Origin: a virus
Taxonomy: Duplodnaviria > Caudoviricetes
Strand: one strand, 5' to 3'
Length of the DNA: 64,000 nucleotides
IMG/VR virus record: IMGVR_UViG_3300029288_000080
Span: 32,001-96,000 of that record
The position numbers and the translations under genes are program-made. This document shows, in pieces, positions 29,418 through 38,560 of the stretch. The notes under the pieces are model-generated. The model had not been told where the DNA came from. It searched no databases and saw only the letters and a list, made by a program, of their open reading frames with translations. How positions within the stretch are numbered: the stretch's first letter is position 1; every line of letters starts with the position of its first letter.

Positions 29418-31019
29418 ATGCCACACCAAATTGTTGACCTTCGTGACCCCGCATGGAAACCCGCGAAGAACAGCATATTCTACGGAAGCGCCAGACGCGT
29501 CGAGTGGATGGGATCAGTGGGCAAAACCAAGATCTTTCTTTACCGCTGGGGCAACGGTAACCTCGTAGAATGGCGTGATCTATGCGACCAACTGCACGCT
29601 GACGGCGCTCCAGTGCAGGGTGTTGTACTGACCCGACAAGGTAGACTGATCGTCGAACACAGTATGGGTGACACGTCATGGTCGGGTGCACGTAATCGTT
29701 TTACTGGTGGGTTGCAACATGTTTTATTTCCTCTCCATGAGGCTGGGCTGATCCGCGACACCACCACGGTTTACGCAGGCAACTGGGCGTCAGTGACGGG
29801 ACAGCGTTTGGGCTTGGTCCGTGATTTATTGGCCCATCCCGAAGGATTGCCGGTGCCGAAGCGACTGGTTCTATACCATGGGACCAACAGCAAGGCTGCC
29901 GAGGACATTTTGCACCTTGGCCTCCGGGCCGTGCCGGTGGACCAGCGGGCCTGGAAAGGGGATAGGTTGTCTCAGCATCCCAGCTACCGCCAAGAAGCCG
30001 TGTACCTGACGGTGGACCCCCAGCAAGCGCAATACTACGCCAAGAAAGCTGTCAATGTGGCACGGCGACGTGGATCCCAAGGAGTTAAACCGGTAGTATT
30101 GCGGATAACGATTCCCTCCGGAAGTATTAAAAATCTTCGTCCAGACGACGATTACTTGGCCAAGGTGCAGAAGTCTGAGCAAGACGTGGACTGGCTGGAA
30201 TCACTGAAGTACATGTCGCAAGTGGCTTACCTAGGTAGCATCCCAGCCAATTGGATTAAGGTTGCGTGGGAAGGAGTCAAGGAAGAACAGAAATTGGCTG
30301 GTATTAAACCTACTATGACGATTCCTTCGCTCGACGATCTCCTGGCCCTGATGCATCCCGAGACCCTTGTGGCGGTTCGAGACACGTTGGAGCAGGACGC
30401 ACGGCAACGACGAGAAATCCGTGACCCCACCGAAGCCGAGATCGTCAGGGAAGCAAAACGACTGGCTCTTGAACAAAATCCTGACCTGCCTGGGCGGATC
30501 CGTCAGCGTCGCGATCCTCAAGACCGCACCAGGGCCCTGGTGGAACTGGATCAAGCCGTTGACAACTTGTACCCCGAGGTCCAGGAGGCTTTGACTGCCC
30601 AGCGGGTTGACCAGGCGGTGCACCAGGGATTGCAGGACCGATATGATTTAGCCGTAGAAAATATCCAGGTGATCGACGGCCTGGATTGCTTCCGGGTCAT
30701 GACGTTGTCGAGAGACCAGGACCCAACCGTGCTGTCTCCGCTGGGCATTTTCTGGGCCCATGAGATCGACGGTGCTGGCGATTACTTCGTCACGGACCAC
30801 TCTGCACGTAAGAGCCGCGGTGACGTTACCGTGATGTACCGGGCCAGGATCGATATTCAAGGCGTAGACATCACCAAGACCCTGGTGAACAATCTGATTA
30901 ATCCGCAAGAGACAGAAGTGCAGTTTCGCCCCGGGGCCGACATTTTCGTCTACGAAGTCCTGTGTCTGGAAGGCCAATGTCATGACGATGCCATTGTGGA
31001 CGCTTGGCGAAAATGCTGA
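29418..31019 (+). CDS. ART-like domain protein (possibly two ART-like domains)
   Basis: LYHGTN...ILHLGL...VYLT...AQYYA...VVLRI; C-terminal FRVM...LGIFW...ETEV. Confidence 0.65.
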   Translation: MPHQIVDLRDPAWKPAKNSIFYGSARRVEWMGSVGKTKIFLYRWGNGNLVEWRDLCDQLHADGAPVQGVVLTRQGRLIVEHSMGDTSWSGARNRFTGGLQHVLFPLHEAGLIRDTTTVYAGNWASVTGQRLGLVRDLLAHPEGLPVPKRLVLYHGTNSKAAEDILHLGLRAVPVDQRAWKGDRLSQHPSYRQEAVYLTVDPQQAQYYAKKAVNVARRRGSQGVKPVVLRITIPSGSIKNLRPDDDYLAKVQKSEQDVDWLESLKYMSQVAYLGSIPANWIKVAWEGVKEEQKLAGIKPTMTIPSLDDLLALMHPETLVAVRDTLEQDARQRREIRDPTEAEIVREAKRLALEQNPDLPGRIRQRRDPQDRTRALVELDQAVDNLYPEVQEALTAQRVDQAVHQGLQDRYDLAVENIQVIDGLDCFRVMTLSRDQDPTVLSPLGIFWAHEIDGAGDYFVTDHSARKSRGDVTVMYRARIDIQGVDITKTLVNNLINPQETEVQFRPGADIFVYEVLCLEGQCHDDAIVDAWRKC

Positions 31020-31044
31020 TTTATCCTACACGTTAATATCTATC

Positions 31045-31359
31045 GTGGAAATAAAATTGCCGGACCAACTGGTTCGCGAGCAAGCCATCAGGGCTTCTCG
31101 TGAGTACCTCACCACGTTCGCCAAGATTGTCCAGCAGGTCAGGGAAGTCCTTGCTGATATTCAAGGCCCCGATGAACTTCGTCGATTTGGTGGAGAGTCG
31201 GGTGTCTTGGCCATGACGGCCGAGTCGGTTTTGTCAGAAACTCCATTCAGCGAACAAAATCAGGGTACCTGCCTTGCCTTTTGTTCACTGGCGTCGGTGA
31301 TCAGGCGCGATATTGCCGACGGCACCTTGGCCCAGGCGGTCAAAAAGGAAACAACATGA
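31045..31359 (+). CDS. hypothetical protein
   Basis: GTG start just after the promoter motif at 31029. Confidence 0.5.
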   Translation: MEIKLPDQLVREQAIRASREYLTTFAKIVQQVREVLADIQGPDELRRFGGESGVLAMTAESVLSETPFSEQNQGTCLAFCSLASVIRRDIADGTLAQAVKKETT

Positions 31360-31646
31360 ATAGAATTATTCGTCACGCTGGACATCTGTACCGGGAAGTC
31401 AAGACCGCTGATGCTGTCCCGGCGGAAGACCCTGTCGAGTTCATGGAGCAACTTGGCGAAAACTACGCCAAGGATTTGGCCCGCCAGGGTCTACGACCAT
31501 CCACCGGTGGCCAGCAGATGGATACTGACAGTTTCAACGCGTTCGAGAATCATTTTGACCGTGAAATGACCGATGAGGAGCACGACGCCTGGTTCACAGG
31601 ATTCAATCGTGCTGCCCAACGGTTGTTCAAAAACCGACATAAATAA
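31356..31646 (+). CDS. small acidic protein with IRHAGHLY leader and VKTAD
   Basis: RBS AAGGA; shared motif. Confidence 0.65.
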   Translation: MNRIIRHAGHLYREVKTADAVPAEDPVEFMEQLGENYAKDLARQGLRPSTGGQQMDTDSFNAFENHFDREMTDEEHDAWFTGFNRAAQRLFKNRHK

Positions 31647-31648
31647 TC

Positions 31649-31858
31649 ATGGAAGAAAAAGCCAAAGTCCAGGGAACCATGCGAGTGAATTGTTATGCTG
31701 TCCTCAGCGATTGCGTGGAACGTGGGGTGCAATCCGGTTGGTACCATGCCCACAAGCACACTGACGACCCCGACGAGGAATCCATTCGGCGCCACGTTGT
31801 TGACGATGTCTTGAACGAAATCTGTGAGTACTTCAACTTTGACGATCTTGAGCAATAG
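31649..31858 (+). CDS. hypothetical protein
   Basis: Small ORF in operon. Confidence 0.6.
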   Translation: MEEKAKVQGTMRVNCYAVLSDCVERGVQSGWYHAHKHTDDPDEESIRRHVVDDVLNEICEYFNFDDLEQ

Positions 31859-31866
31859 GTACTGAA

Positions 31867-32754
31867 ATGCCATTTGATCTTGGGATTGACCCTGGTGCGG
31901 ATCCTGGCCTTGACCCTGTGGTTGATGAACCCGAGGTCAAGACCCCGGCGAAAAACTGGAAAGCCCATGAGTCGGAAATCATCCGGGCGATCCGGGATCA
32001 ACTCGGACATCCTGGCGACGACCAGCGGGGCGAAGTTTCGCTCGTGGGCCCCAAGGTAGTCTCGACCTACGGGTCCAGTGACCTGGGCTACCAAATCAAG
32101 GGTTCTTTCCGGGCTAAGTTTCCGGTTCAGGGTCCAGGGCCCTACTGGTTCGTGGCGAACATTTCTCCTGACGATACCCTGATGTTTCCGGTGATCACGA
32201 CTGCTAATGATGGCAACCCCATCCGCGAGGCCCAGGTGAAACAGGTCAAAACTGCCGCCACGGATGTTCCGCACCTTTTTGCCGCGACGGTCAAGCCGCT
32301 GGAAAATCTCTACCGCTTCTGGACCGCGGTGCTCAAAGAAGCGAAATCCCACGAGTCGGACTCCAGCACGTCGGTCTGTATTTCCAGCGAGCCCGGCGAG
32401 TACTCGATGTTTTCGGCCGACTGGATGGAGCGGGGGCTTCAGCAGACCATCGAGATGTTCCACGGGCTCTTGACCTTGTGGAAAAGCAGCACCGCGGCCG
32501 TCAAGGCCATGCCGGTAGCCTATGCGTACTACAACCAGCTCGCGGGGATCCGTGAAGCCGTGGTCGACTTGTCCGAGCATGCCCTGGACCACCAGGTGGG
32601 CTTTTTCTGTATTGACCAGCGGGGTGTCCGGGCACTCTTGACCTTGATCACGCAGGCCCGCCGCGACGCCATGGACTTGGCCAAATATTTGCCGTTGAAA
32701 ATGGCTCCTCGACGTAAGCAAGCTGCTGTTTCACCGTGGCGCAGGCTTTCCTGA
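31867..32754 (+). CDS. hypothetical protein (VKTAA linker)
   Basis: ORF in operon. Confidence 0.65.
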   Translation: MPFDLGIDPGADPGLDPVVDEPEVKTPAKNWKAHESEIIRAIRDQLGHPGDDQRGEVSLVGPKVVSTYGSSDLGYQIKGSFRAKFPVQGPGPYWFVANISPDDTLMFPVITTANDGNPIREAQVKQVKTAATDVPHLFAATVKPLENLYRFWTAVLKEAKSHESDSSTSVCISSEPGEYSMFSADWMERGLQQTIEMFHGLLTLWKSSTAAVKAMPVAYAYYNQLAGIREAVVDLSEHALDHQVGFFCIDQRGVRALLTLITQARRDAMDLAKYLPLKMAPRRKQAAVSPWRRLS

Positions 32755-32972
32755 TGGACCATCCAGTAAATCCCAATGCGGAGTCCAACGCGGCCCTGAT
32801 GCTGGCGGCGGTCCGACAAATCATGGCGAGGGTCACGACCGTTGAGGATCAAATATTGGTCCTTAGCACTGATTTAGAACAACATGGGGTAACCTGCGAG
32901 CAGTTGCGGGTCGCGATTGAGATGTTGCGACAGGACGTCACGGCCTTGAAGGCGGCGATTCCGCGAGATTAG
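32754..32972 (+). CDS. small coiled-coil protein
   Basis: TGATG coupling. Confidence 0.5.
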   Translation: MDHPVNPNAESNAALMLAAVRQIMARVTTVEDQILVLSTDLEQHGVTCEQLRVAIEMLRQDVTALKAAIPRD

Positions 32973-33087
32973 CACGTTACTTTATAGTGGTATGGAAATC
33001 CATGGTGATTTCCATGTGGAGCAATCATGGGCCTCTACCAGCAGTCCGCCAAGCACCTTAATCTTTAGTGGGTCTACTATTGTTATC

Positions 33088-34335
33088 ATGCTGATTAAAC
33101 GCGCGCACAAGGTGGAGCTGAGCCCAAACAAGGTGCAGGAACTGGCCCTGGCTAAGTCTGCCGGCGTTGCCCGTTTTGCGTACAACTATGGTCTTGAACT
33201 TCACGCACGGCACTACAAAGAAACCGGAAAACATCTTTCTGCTGTAAGTATGCATAAAATATTATGTGCAGAGAAAAAAGACAAGTTTCCATGGATGTAC
33301 GAGGTGTCAAAATGTGCTCCACAGGAAGCGTTCTACAATGTGGAGGCCGCGTTCATAAATTTTTTCAAAAAGCGAAGTGCACATCCTAAATTTAAGAAAA
33401 AGGGGCGTAGTAAAGATTCTTTCACTCTCGACAATTCTGTTTTCAACACAAAAAGTATTAGAGGCCGAGGCGTACACCTGCCTAAAATAGGCACTGTTCG
33501 GTGTAAAGAAATTCTTAGTATTGAAGGCAGGATTCTGTCCGCCACAGTATCTAAGGATGCAGACCGATGGTTTATCTCAGTTATGCAAGAAGTCGAGATT
33601 GATTTAAGAGAAGAAGACAAACCCAAAGGGAATCCCATTGGGATTGACCTTGGGATTAAAACGCTAGTCACGACGTCCGACGGTGAGGAAAAACAGGAAT
33701 TTGTTCTTCCGTATTATCTGGACACAGAAGAAAAGAAAATAAAGAGAGCACAGAAGAGGCTTTCAAAGAAGGCAAAGAAGTCTAAAAACTGGTTCAAGCA
33801 GGGCATCAGGGTAGCACGACTCTACCGTAAGCTGCGGAACAAGCGTACTGATTTTATTCATAAAACGACGACACAACTGGCAAAAACCAAGTCAGTCATC
33901 GTCATGGAAGACCTTAACGTTAAAGGAATGGTGAAGAATCATTGTTTGGCCAAATCTATTAGCAACGCAGCTTTTGGTGAAATAAAGCGCCAACTTGAGT
34001 ACAAAACTATTTGGTATGGGTCGGAGTTGATCATGGTGTCAAGGTGGTTCCCAAGCAGTAAAATGTGCTCAGCATGCGGCTTCATCAAGAAAGATTTGAG
34101 TTTGAGCGAAAGAACTTGGATCTGCCCTGATTGCCACACCGAGCATGAACGCGATTTTAATGCTGCGACTAATATCTTGGTTGAAGGGCTAAAAATCAAT
34201 ACCGTGAGCCACACGGGAATTAACGCTTGTGGAGATGGGAGTTCATTTGTTGACTCGTCAACAAATCAGCCTGTCGTTGAAACAAGAAGGGGCCAATCCT
34301 CTATTCTTCAAAACAATGGAGGAGTATCCTCATGA
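33088..34335 (+). CDS. tnpB: TnpB RNA-guided endonuclease (IS605/IS607 OrfB type)
   Basis: ARFAYNYGL HTH, PKFKKK, GIDLGIK, VMEDLNV, FPSSKMCSACG...CPDC, RDFNAA; AT-rich relative to flanks. Confidence 0.92.
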   Translation: MLIKRAHKVELSPNKVQELALAKSAGVARFAYNYGLELHARHYKETGKHLSAVSMHKILCAEKKDKFPWMYEVSKCAPQEAFYNVEAAFINFFKKRSAHPKFKKKGRSKDSFTLDNSVFNTKSIRGRGVHLPKIGTVRCKEILSIEGRILSATVSKDADRWFISVMQEVEIDLREEDKPKGNPIGIDLGIKTLVTTSDGEEKQEFVLPYYLDTEEKKIKRAQKRLSKKAKKSKNWFKQGIRVARLYRKLRNKRTDFIHKTTTQLAKTKSVIVMEDLNVKGMVKNHCLAKSISNAAFGEIKRQLEYKTIWYGSELIMVSRWFPSSKMCSACGFIKKDLSLSERTWICPDCHTEHERDFNAATNILVEGLKINTVSHTGINACGDGSSFVDSSTNQPVVETRRGQSSILQNNGGVSS

Positions 34336-34730
34336 GCGGCGATTGGACCCGAGTTTGGGGCGGTGGAAGTAGTTGCGGGGGATCCTGCGACCAATACATC
34401 TGCATCCCGCGGTCCGCTGTGTCCAATCCACCGGAATCCACCACGTCGATCCTGGACGGTCTCCCGACCAACATCACGACCATCGGGGCCGCCATGTCGG
34501 TCTGGATGGAGCGGTTGCGGCGTCGCCTTGACGCCAAGAGTTGTCTCGTGACCGTCACGACCCTCAACACCACGTATGTCGCGACACTGCCCGGCGCGAC
34601 CGTGACCATGACGATCTCTGGCGGATATTTTCCGCTGTCGGTTCAGTACACCCGGGCCCAGTCCACTGGGTCCGCAACCTTTGACAATTTTCCCGCCGCG
34701 CTCGACTGGTTGGTCGCGCGTTTGGCATGA
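34332..34730 (+). CDS. hypothetical protein, probably the 3' part of a gene interrupted by the tnpB insert
   Basis: ATG lies at the end of the AT-rich insert with RBS GGAGG; can be joined in frame with 32992..33042. Confidence 0.55.
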   Translation: MSGDWTRVWGGGSSCGGSCDQYICIPRSAVSNPPESTTSILDGLPTNITTIGAAMSVWMERLRRRLDAKSCLVTVTTLNTTYVATLPGATVTMTISGGYFPLSVQYTRAQSTGSATFDNFPAALDWLVARLA

Positions 34731-34796
34731 CGACCGCGTCTCACCTTTCAACTATACCAACGCGGCGTTCACGATCACATCAGGAGGATTTTGACC

Positions 34797-36308
34797 ATGC
34801 GTAAAGTTCCAGTTGGTAAGAATGTCGCTCGCCGGCCTGTAGCGCCCCAGTCCACCGTGGCTGGCCGCCTCGCAGCTCTCCGGGCCCGTAGCCGTCGGGT
34901 CGCCGAGGGTTTCGAGAAGTTCACCGACGAGCCCGAGGTTGACCCCCGGGACGTGGAGTTCCTCGACGAGGAGCTTCCCGAGGGCGATATGGGTGATCTC
35001 GGTGACCTTGGCGATCTTGGTGACCTGGGCGACCTCGGGGATTTCGAGCCCTTGGATTCTGAGGAAGGCGGCGACGAGGGTGGCTGCGGTTGCCCGGTGG
35101 GCCAGCACTCCGAGTGCGTAGACGACGAGGCCGGTGAGGCTGACGAGAAGGATGACGACAAGGAGGAAAAGGACGACGACAAGGAAGACAAGAAGGAGAA
35201 AAAGGAAAAGGACGACGAGGACAAGGATGACGACAAGGAGGACGACGTGAAGGAAGACAAGAAGGAGAAGGACGCGTTGGTAGAGGAGCGGCTGGCCCGT
35301 TTCAAGGCGATCCAGAAGACCCGTCAGGCCGAGGCCTTCAAGGCTGCCCTGCCGGCCAAGAAGCCCGTTGCTGCCCCGGTCAAGACTGCGGAACCCGTTG
35401 TCCCCGTGGCTGCCCCCGCTCCGATCAAGACGGCCGAACCCGTTGTGGAGCCCGCAGCCGTGGTGGCACCTGCTGCCCCGGAGGCCGAGGAGTCCAAGAT
35501 TTCGTGGAGCCCCCTGGTCACCGAGTCCATCCTGGCGGACCTCAAGGATCCCGAGGTTGACCTGACCCTCAAGTCGGCTTCGTCCAACCCGTACTATGTG
35601 CTCTGGATCAACGAGAAGCCCGTGGGTGAGCTTCATGAGGCCGACCTGGACCTCGACGATGCCGGCAAGGACACGTTCCGGTCGGCCCAGTACGTCAGTG
35701 GCGTCCGGGGCGTGATCCAGCAGTTCGGTGCCGTGGAGGCTCTCCGGGACCTCAAGCTCCGGTACTACGCTGCCAGCACCCAGGAGAACGACGCGATCAA
35801 GCGGGCCAAGACCGAGATCGCCCAGGATGCCGATGCTGCGTTCCGCAAGCGTGTCGCCACCATGGTGAACGATATGTTCTCGACCATGAACCTGGCGTTC
35901 CAGGCGTCGCAGAAAAATTTCATTTTGCAAAACGCCCTCAAGGACGCGGTCGTCGAGAATTTCCGGTCCGCTGGGGTGCCCGAGGGTGTCGCGATCGACC
36001 TGATCGAGGACGCCTTCACGAAGGCGGGGCCCGAGTATTTCAAGGCGATGCTCAACAAGGCCCAGGAGTGGCTGGGCTACGAGCCCGAGGCACTTCGGCA
36101 GATCGAGGCCGAGGTTACCGCCATGCAGTACCGGCATCCCCGTGACCAGTTCGGTAGCCAGATCAACGACGAGATCCCTGCCGTGACGGTTCCCCGGGCC
36201 GCCAACGTGGCCCGGGTGGCCCAGACGGTTGTCGAGGATGACCTCGACACCATGATGGCGGCGGCCCGTCGAGTGGGTCGCGCCACCGTGAATCGTCCCC
36301 GCCAGTAA
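34797..36308 (+). CDS. Prohead core/scaffold-like protein
   Basis: Basic N-terminus, (GDL)n repeat, D/E/K-rich tract, KTAE motifs; upstream of protease; codon bias like the MCP. Confidence 0.55.
   Translation: MRKVPVGKNVARRPVAPQSTVAGRLAALRARSRRVAEGFEKFTDEPEVDPRDVEFLDEELPEGDMGDLGDLGDLGDLGDLGDFEPLDSEEGGDEGGCGCPVGQHSECVDDEAGEADEKDDDKEEKDDDKEDKKEKKEKDDEDKDDDKEDDVKEDKKEKDALVEERLARFKAIQKTRQAEAFKAALPAKKPVAAPVKTAEPVVPVAAPAPIKTAEPVVEPAAVVAPAAPEAEESKISWSPLVTESILADLKDPEVDLTLKSASSNPYYVLWINEKPVGELHEADLDLDDAGKDTFRSAQYVSGVRGVIQQFGAVEALRDLKLRYYAASTQENDAIKRAKTEIAQDADAAFRKRVATMVNDMFSTMNLAFQASQKNFILQNALKDAVVENFRSAGVPEGVAIDLIEDAFTKAGPEYFKAMLNKAQEWLGYEPEALRQIEAEVTAMQYRHPRDQFGSQINDEIPAVTVPRAANVARVAQTVVEDDLDTMMAAARRVGRATVNRPRQ
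34983..35045 (+). repeat. 9-bp tandem repeat encoding GD(M/L/F) x7
   Basis: ggcgatatg ggtgatctc ggtgacctt ggcgatctt ggtgacctg ggcgacctc ggggatttc. Confidence 0.85.
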
Positions 36309-36314
36309 GTTCTT

Positions 36315-36348
36315 TGGGGCCGGCAGGTCAAATCTTGCGCCCCCTTTT
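36315..36348 (+). terminator. intrinsic terminator-like hairpin
   Basis: GGGGC..GCAGG-TCAAA-TCTTGC-GCCCC followed by TTTT. Confidence 0.5.
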
Positions 36349-36383
36349 CAGTGCTGCGGAATGTTGTGAAAAAAGGTAAATCT

Positions 36384-36668
36384 ATGAACCGTGTCATTCG
36401 CCACCACGGCCACATTTACAAGAAAAGCACTACTCAGGTTCTAGCCGATGGTCAGCCGCGTGATTTACTGAGCATGGCAGGGGAACACATTTTGCTCGCT
36501 GTGGGCAGTTTAGAGAGGGTCATCAACGGTCAAGAAGACCCCCAGTTTTTCGTGGAAAGTGACTCGTCGGGCAAGACGCTGTTCAGCATGGCAGAGAGAC
36601 TAAAACAAATGCTCCGACTTATTGACAGGATTCACGACAGTATGGACAGCAAAGACTACTCAGATTAA
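36384..36668 (+). CDS. small protein with IRHHGHIY leader
   Basis: RBS AAGGT; shared motif. Confidence 0.6.
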   Translation: MNRVIRHHGHIYKKSTTQVLADGQPRDLLSMAGEHILLAVGSLERVINGQEDPQFFVESDSSGKTLFSMAERLKQMLRLIDRIHDSMDSKDYSD

Positions 36669-36709
36669 ACCATACTGAGTTTAGACCTCTTTCAGCATCA
36701 GGAACAGCC

Positions 36710-37486
36710 ATGTCAGCACCGTACAGAATCGTCCAGCAAGGCCCCGGGATCCACGTCGGCGACGTCATGTCGGCCACCCTGGTTGACGGCCGTCCCCTCA
36801 CGATCGAGGGGTACAGGCTTGAGCAGTACCAGCGGTCCGGCAAGACCATTGTGGCCGGTGAGGGACTTAATGCCTGTGCCTGCGGGGCCCTGGAGATTGA
36901 CTGGCTTCCTTTTGCCGCCGAGCAGTACCACTGCAGCCCCGATATCAAGGACTACGTCCTGGTAGAAGTGCCCACGGTAGTTGCCACTTTCCCTAACCGA
37001 AATGGCGATGCTTTCCCCTACGAGGAACTGACCGCGTGGCGCACCATGGCGGGACGCCCTGCGTACAAGACATTCATTGGAAAGCCGGTCCACCAGGACC
37101 ACGACAACCAGGACGACACCAAGGCCAAGGGGGTCATTTTTGACGCGACACTTCGGAAGCATCGTGGTCAGCCCCATGTCGTGATTTTGAAGGGCTTCGA
37201 CCGGTCCAAAGACCAGCGGCTTGCCGAAATGGTCCAGAAAAAAAACCGTGTTGGCCATTCCATGGGGACCCTGGTTGAGGAAACTGAATGTTCCATCCCG
37301 TCGTGTCGCTATCGCGGCGACGGGATCAAAACCTGCCAGTGCATCCGTCAGGGTGCCGGCAAGGGTGAAATCGTCAACGGACACCTTGTTTATGAATTGC
37401 TCCGTCGGTTCACCTTCATAGAGGACTCAAGCGTAGAGGACCAGGCTAATGTTTCAGCCGTGAGCGACCGCATCTGGAATCCATAG
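36710..37486 (+). CDS. Prohead (maturation) protease-like protein with Zn-finger insert
   Basis: PNRNGDAF, YKTFIGKPVHQDH (His), KGVIFDA, GHSMG (Ser), C..C..C, FIEDSSV; located between portal and MCP. Confidence 0.65.
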   Translation: MSAPYRIVQQGPGIHVGDVMSATLVDGRPLTIEGYRLEQYQRSGKTIVAGEGLNACACGALEIDWLPFAAEQYHCSPDIKDYVLVEVPTVVATFPNRNGDAFPYEELTAWRTMAGRPAYKTFIGKPVHQDHDNQDDTKAKGVIFDATLRKHRGQPHVVILKGFDRSKDQRLAEMVQKKNRVGHSMGTLVEETECSIPSCRYRGDGIKTCQCIRQGAGKGEIVNGHLVYELLRRFTFIEDSSVEDQANVSAVSDRIWNP

Positions 37487-37494
37487 AGGGCAAC

Positions 37495-38514
37495 ATGACC
37501 ATTTTCTATATCGACACCGTTGAGGCTCTGGACCGCTGGTTCGGCAAGATCAAGGGATACACCCGCGTGGAAGCCAACAACACCGGTTACTACCAAGAGG
37601 ACATGGAGCCGTCGTTCATCAATGGCGAAGAACTTGTCCAGGCGGTTCTGGACCAGATGCACCCCTATGTCATCCGGGCTTATTCTGAGCCGGAACTCAT
37701 GACTGTCGACGTGGATATGCGGACCCTGCTCTACGACTATATGGTGGGGACTGGTGCCCGCGACGGCGACTACACCGAGCAGGATCTTGAGGCCGAGATG
37801 GAAGACAACGCCCTCGGGATCCTCACGGGCGTAAAGCGCGAAATGGAAATCAGGGTAGACCCATACCAGTACGTTCATGAAGATTTTAATGCTGACCAAG
37901 GCGGCGAAGAAGCGCCTGCCCAGCGACATTCTCACGTAACCCATGGCTCCCAGGAGCCGCGAAAGGAATCTGTCATGACCCAGAGGAACCGTCCCGCACG
38001 CCGCCGTGCCAATGCTGATGTTGCTCGCGCGCAGGCCCGCACCGCCATGAAGCTCCGGATGGAGAACCAGCGGACAGCAGCCGTGAACCGTCTCCGCCGT
38101 CGTCTCGCTGCTGTCCGGGCCGCCAGGGCCGAGCGGGTTGCCGCTGCCCAGCCCGAGGCCCAGGAGACCCGTCGTCCCAGCCGTATCCTCAGGTCTGCTG
38201 CCGAGCGTTCCGTGGCCCGTCGGGACCACGAGGTCACGACCAAGAGCGTGGCCCGCGATGAGGTTCGTCGTCGCATCGCCGCGATCCGCCAGAAGGCCGC
38301 GGCGGCCCGGTTGGCCGCTGGCCAGCAAGATACTCAGCCCGAGGTCAAGCCGGCCGATCGTTTTGCTGCCCTTCGTGAGCGCCTGGCCCAGCGGCGTCGC
38401 ATTGCTGCGATCCGGACCGCCCTGGCCGAGCGTCGTGCTTCGGTAGAACATGACGCTGAAGTGGCCCCTCCGGTCATCCGGGTCAAGGGCGTCAGGTACG
38501 AGAGGATCGACTGA
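37495..38514 (+). CDS. acidic domain fused in frame to an Arg/Ala-rich domain (internal start at 37975)
   Basis: Internal AAGGA RBS + ATG MTQRNRP. Confidence 0.55.
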   Translation: MTIFYIDTVEALDRWFGKIKGYTRVEANNTGYYQEDMEPSFINGEELVQAVLDQMHPYVIRAYSEPELMTVDVDMRTLLYDYMVGTGARDGDYTEQDLEAEMEDNALGILTGVKREMEIRVDPYQYVHEDFNADQGGEEAPAQRHSHVTHGSQEPRKESVMTQRNRPARRRANADVARAQARTAMKLRMENQRTAAVNRLRRRLAAVRAARAERVAAAQPEAQETRRPSRILRSAAERSVARRDHEVTTKSVARDEVRRRIAAIRQKAAAARLAAGQQDTQPEVKPADRFAALRERLAQRRRIAAIRTALAERRASVEHDAEVAPPVIRVKGVRYERID

Positions 38515-38528
38515 CCAATAGTTTCGTT

Positions 38529-38560
38529 GGTTCCGTGAGGTCAAATCTCGCGGAACCTTT
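38529..38560 (+). terminator. hairpin/terminator
   Basis: GGTTCCGTGAG-GTCAAAT-CTCGCGGAACC-TTT. Confidence 0.55.

Noticed and set aside
32992-33087. N-terminal extension of TnpB as called in the ORF track
   Set aside because: Better explained as the start of the interrupted phage gene plus the insert's left end; TnpB homology begins at MLIKRAHK (33088)
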